Of a DNA stretch of 7,995 nucleotides, positions 7,142-7,995 are shown in pieces. Source of the stretch: a virus. Taxonomy: Duplodnaviria > Heunggongvirae > Uroviricota > Caudoviricetes. Both the position numbers and the translations under genes were made by a program. Positions within the stretch are counted from its first letter, which is position 1. Each line of letters starts with the position of its first letter. The DNA is taken from the IMG/VR virus record IMGVR_UViG_2740892422_000008. One strand, 5' to 3'. The notes under the pieces are model-generated. The model did not search any database, had not been told where the DNA came from, and saw nothing but the letters and a program-made list of their open reading frames with translations.

Positions 7142-7193
7142 CTTTAAAAAGGGCGGACATCAGCCGAACTTCAAGAAAAAAACTGATGCCGCC
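7142..7193 (-). terminator. Candidate intrinsic terminator on the minus strand, upstream of kilR
   Basis: Inverted repeat GGCGG(a)CATCAG (7152-7163) / CTGATGCCGCC (7183-7193): 11 bp with one bulged base and a 19-nt loop. On the minus-strand transcript it is followed directly by CUUUUUAAAGU (plus 7141-7151). No U-tract follows it on the plus strand. Confidence 0.35.
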
Positions 7194-7411
7194 AGGACTA
7201 CACACAGCAATGTCGTTATTTACAACCGGAGGCGCACTCCCACCATTTAAATTTAACAGACAAGACCGACTCTTTATGGATATCGGAAATGCGCCTTCGT
7301 GTTGTGCCCGGTTTTATTTCACCACCTCCGGGCTTCGGTGGTCTCGGCTATACCCCTACAGCGAGAGCTTGTGTTAACATTTCAATACCCTTACAGTTGA
7401 GAGTTATTGAT

Positions 7412-7900
7412 ATGTTGGATATATTTACTCCATTGTTGAAACTTTTTGCTAACGAGCCACTCGAAAGACTTATGTATACGATTATCATTTTTGGTCTCAC
7501 TCTCTGGCTGATACCGAAAGAGTTTACTGTCGCATTCAATGCTTATACTGAAATACCTTGGCTCTTTCAGATTATCGTTTTTGCCTTTTCTTTCGTGGTC
7601 GCCATTTCCTTCTCAAGATTGCGAGCACATATTCAAAAGCATTATTCATTACTACCAGAGCAACGAGTATTGCTTCGTTTATCTGAGAAAGAAATCGCTG
7701 TATTTAAAGATTTCCTTAAAACAGGAAATCTTATTATCACTTCTCCTTGCCGTAACCCGGTTATGAAAAAATTAGAACGGAAGGGCATCATTCAACATCA
7801 GAGTGATAGCGCAAACTGTTCTTATTATCTCGTCACCGAAAAATACTCCCATTTTATGAAGTTATTCTGGAACAGCAGGAGTAGACGTTTTAATCGTTAG
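7412..7900 (+). CDS. sieB: SieB superinfection exclusion protein, 162 aa, two predicted N-terminal transmembrane helices
   Basis: ATG at 7412 (MLDIFTPLLKLFANEPLERLMYTIIIFGLTLWLIPKEF…), stop TAG at 7898-7900. Matches Rac SieB from memory. Hydrophobic segments at about aa 21-36 and 48-67. The track start at 7289 is a non-ATG upstream extension. Confidence 0.88.
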   Translation: MLDIFTPLLKLFANEPLERLMYTIIIFGLTLWLIPKEFTVAFNAYTEIPWLFQIIVFAFSFVVAISFSRLRAHIQKHYSLLPEQRVLLRLSEKEIAVFKDFLKTGNLIITSPCRNPVMKKLERKGIIQHQSDSANCSYYLVTEKYSHFMKLFWNSRSRRFNR

Positions 7901-7902
7901 CT

Positions 7903-7925
7903 GGTGATGCTGCCAACTTACTGAT
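7903..7925 (+). repeat. IS1 left terminal inverted repeat (IRL, ~23 bp)
   Basis: GGTGATGCTGCCAACTTACTGAT, the canonical IS1 IRL. The matching IRR lies outside the window. Confidence 0.85.
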
Positions 7926-7957
7926 TTAGTGTATGATGGTGTTTTTGAGGTGCTCCA

Positions 7958-7995
7958 GTGGCTTCTGTTTCTATCAGCTGTCCCTCCTGTTCAGC
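7958..7995 (+). CDS. insA: IS1 InsA transposition regulator, 5' fragment (GTG start; continues beyond the window)
   Basis: GTG at 7958 followed by codons for ASVSISCPSCS…, the known InsA N-terminus. Only 12 codons are inside the window. Confidence 0.8.
   Translation, partial: MASVSISCPSCS

Larger units (their letters stand above)
7903..7995 (+). mobile_element. IS1 insertion sequence, left end (IRL plus 5' part of insA), truncated by the window edge
   Basis: GGTGATGCTGCCAACTTACTGATTTAGTGTATGATGGTGTTTTTGAGGTGCTCCAGTGGCTTCTGTTTCTATCAGCTGTCCCTCCTGTTCAGC matches the canonical IS1 left end as I recall it, including the GTG start of insA. Confidence 0.9.

Noticed and set aside
7099-7377. Plus-strand 92-aa ORF in the kilR-sieB intergenic region
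   Set aside because: Non-ATG start, no Shine-Dalgarno, and an odd composition (MPRALSRIHRITKL…). The internal ATG at 7276 would give only 34 aa with no RBS. More likely regulatory DNA than a gene.
7472-7858. Possible internal in-frame start within sieB producing an Esc-like self-immunity protein, as in lambda and P22
   Set aside because: The internal Met codons (M21 at 7472, M118 at 7763, M149 at 7856) have no recognisable Shine-Dalgarno upstream, so the sequence gives no support.
1-7995. CRISPR arrays, tRNA or rRNA genes, and prophage attachment sites
   Set aside because: No regularly spaced direct repeats, no tRNA-like cloverleaf candidates and no rRNA-like sequence were seen. The attachment site would lie beyond the integrase stop, outside the window.

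Overview
This window reads as the integrase-proximal arm of a Rac-like lambdoid prophage of Escherichia/Shigella, ending in a truncated IS1. Gene identities come from my recollection of E. coli K-12 Rac proteins and from motifs visible in the translations; no database search was run. Minus strand, in transcription order from right to left: kilR (FtsZ-inhibitor), ydaE (Cys4 zinc-binding), racC, a 1023-aa RecE-family exonuclease, a 350-aa Bet/Redbeta-like annealing protein, ralR (type I toxin DNase), ydaC, xis (ydaQ) and intR. Plus strand: sieB (superinfection exclusion), then the left end of IS1 (IRL and the start of insA) 2 bp after the sieB stop, running off the window. All CDSs look intact. 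The most interesting point is an apparent module swap: the first ~585 aa of the exonuclease match K-12 RecE as I remember it, but the C-terminal PD-(D/E)XK nuclease domain is divergent and carries a ~140-aa insertion of three tandem ~35-aa repeats, and the partner is Bet-like rather than RecT. Smaller signals are a perfect 16-bp AT-rich palindrome upstream of xis, a terminator-like hairpin plus U-tract on the minus strand upstream of kilR, and perfect hairpins in the recE-racC and bet-ralR spacers. I found no CRISPR array, tRNA or rRNA. I see no evidence for a wholly new multi-gene system; the novelty candidates are the hybrid recombination module and the uncharacterised regulatory structures.
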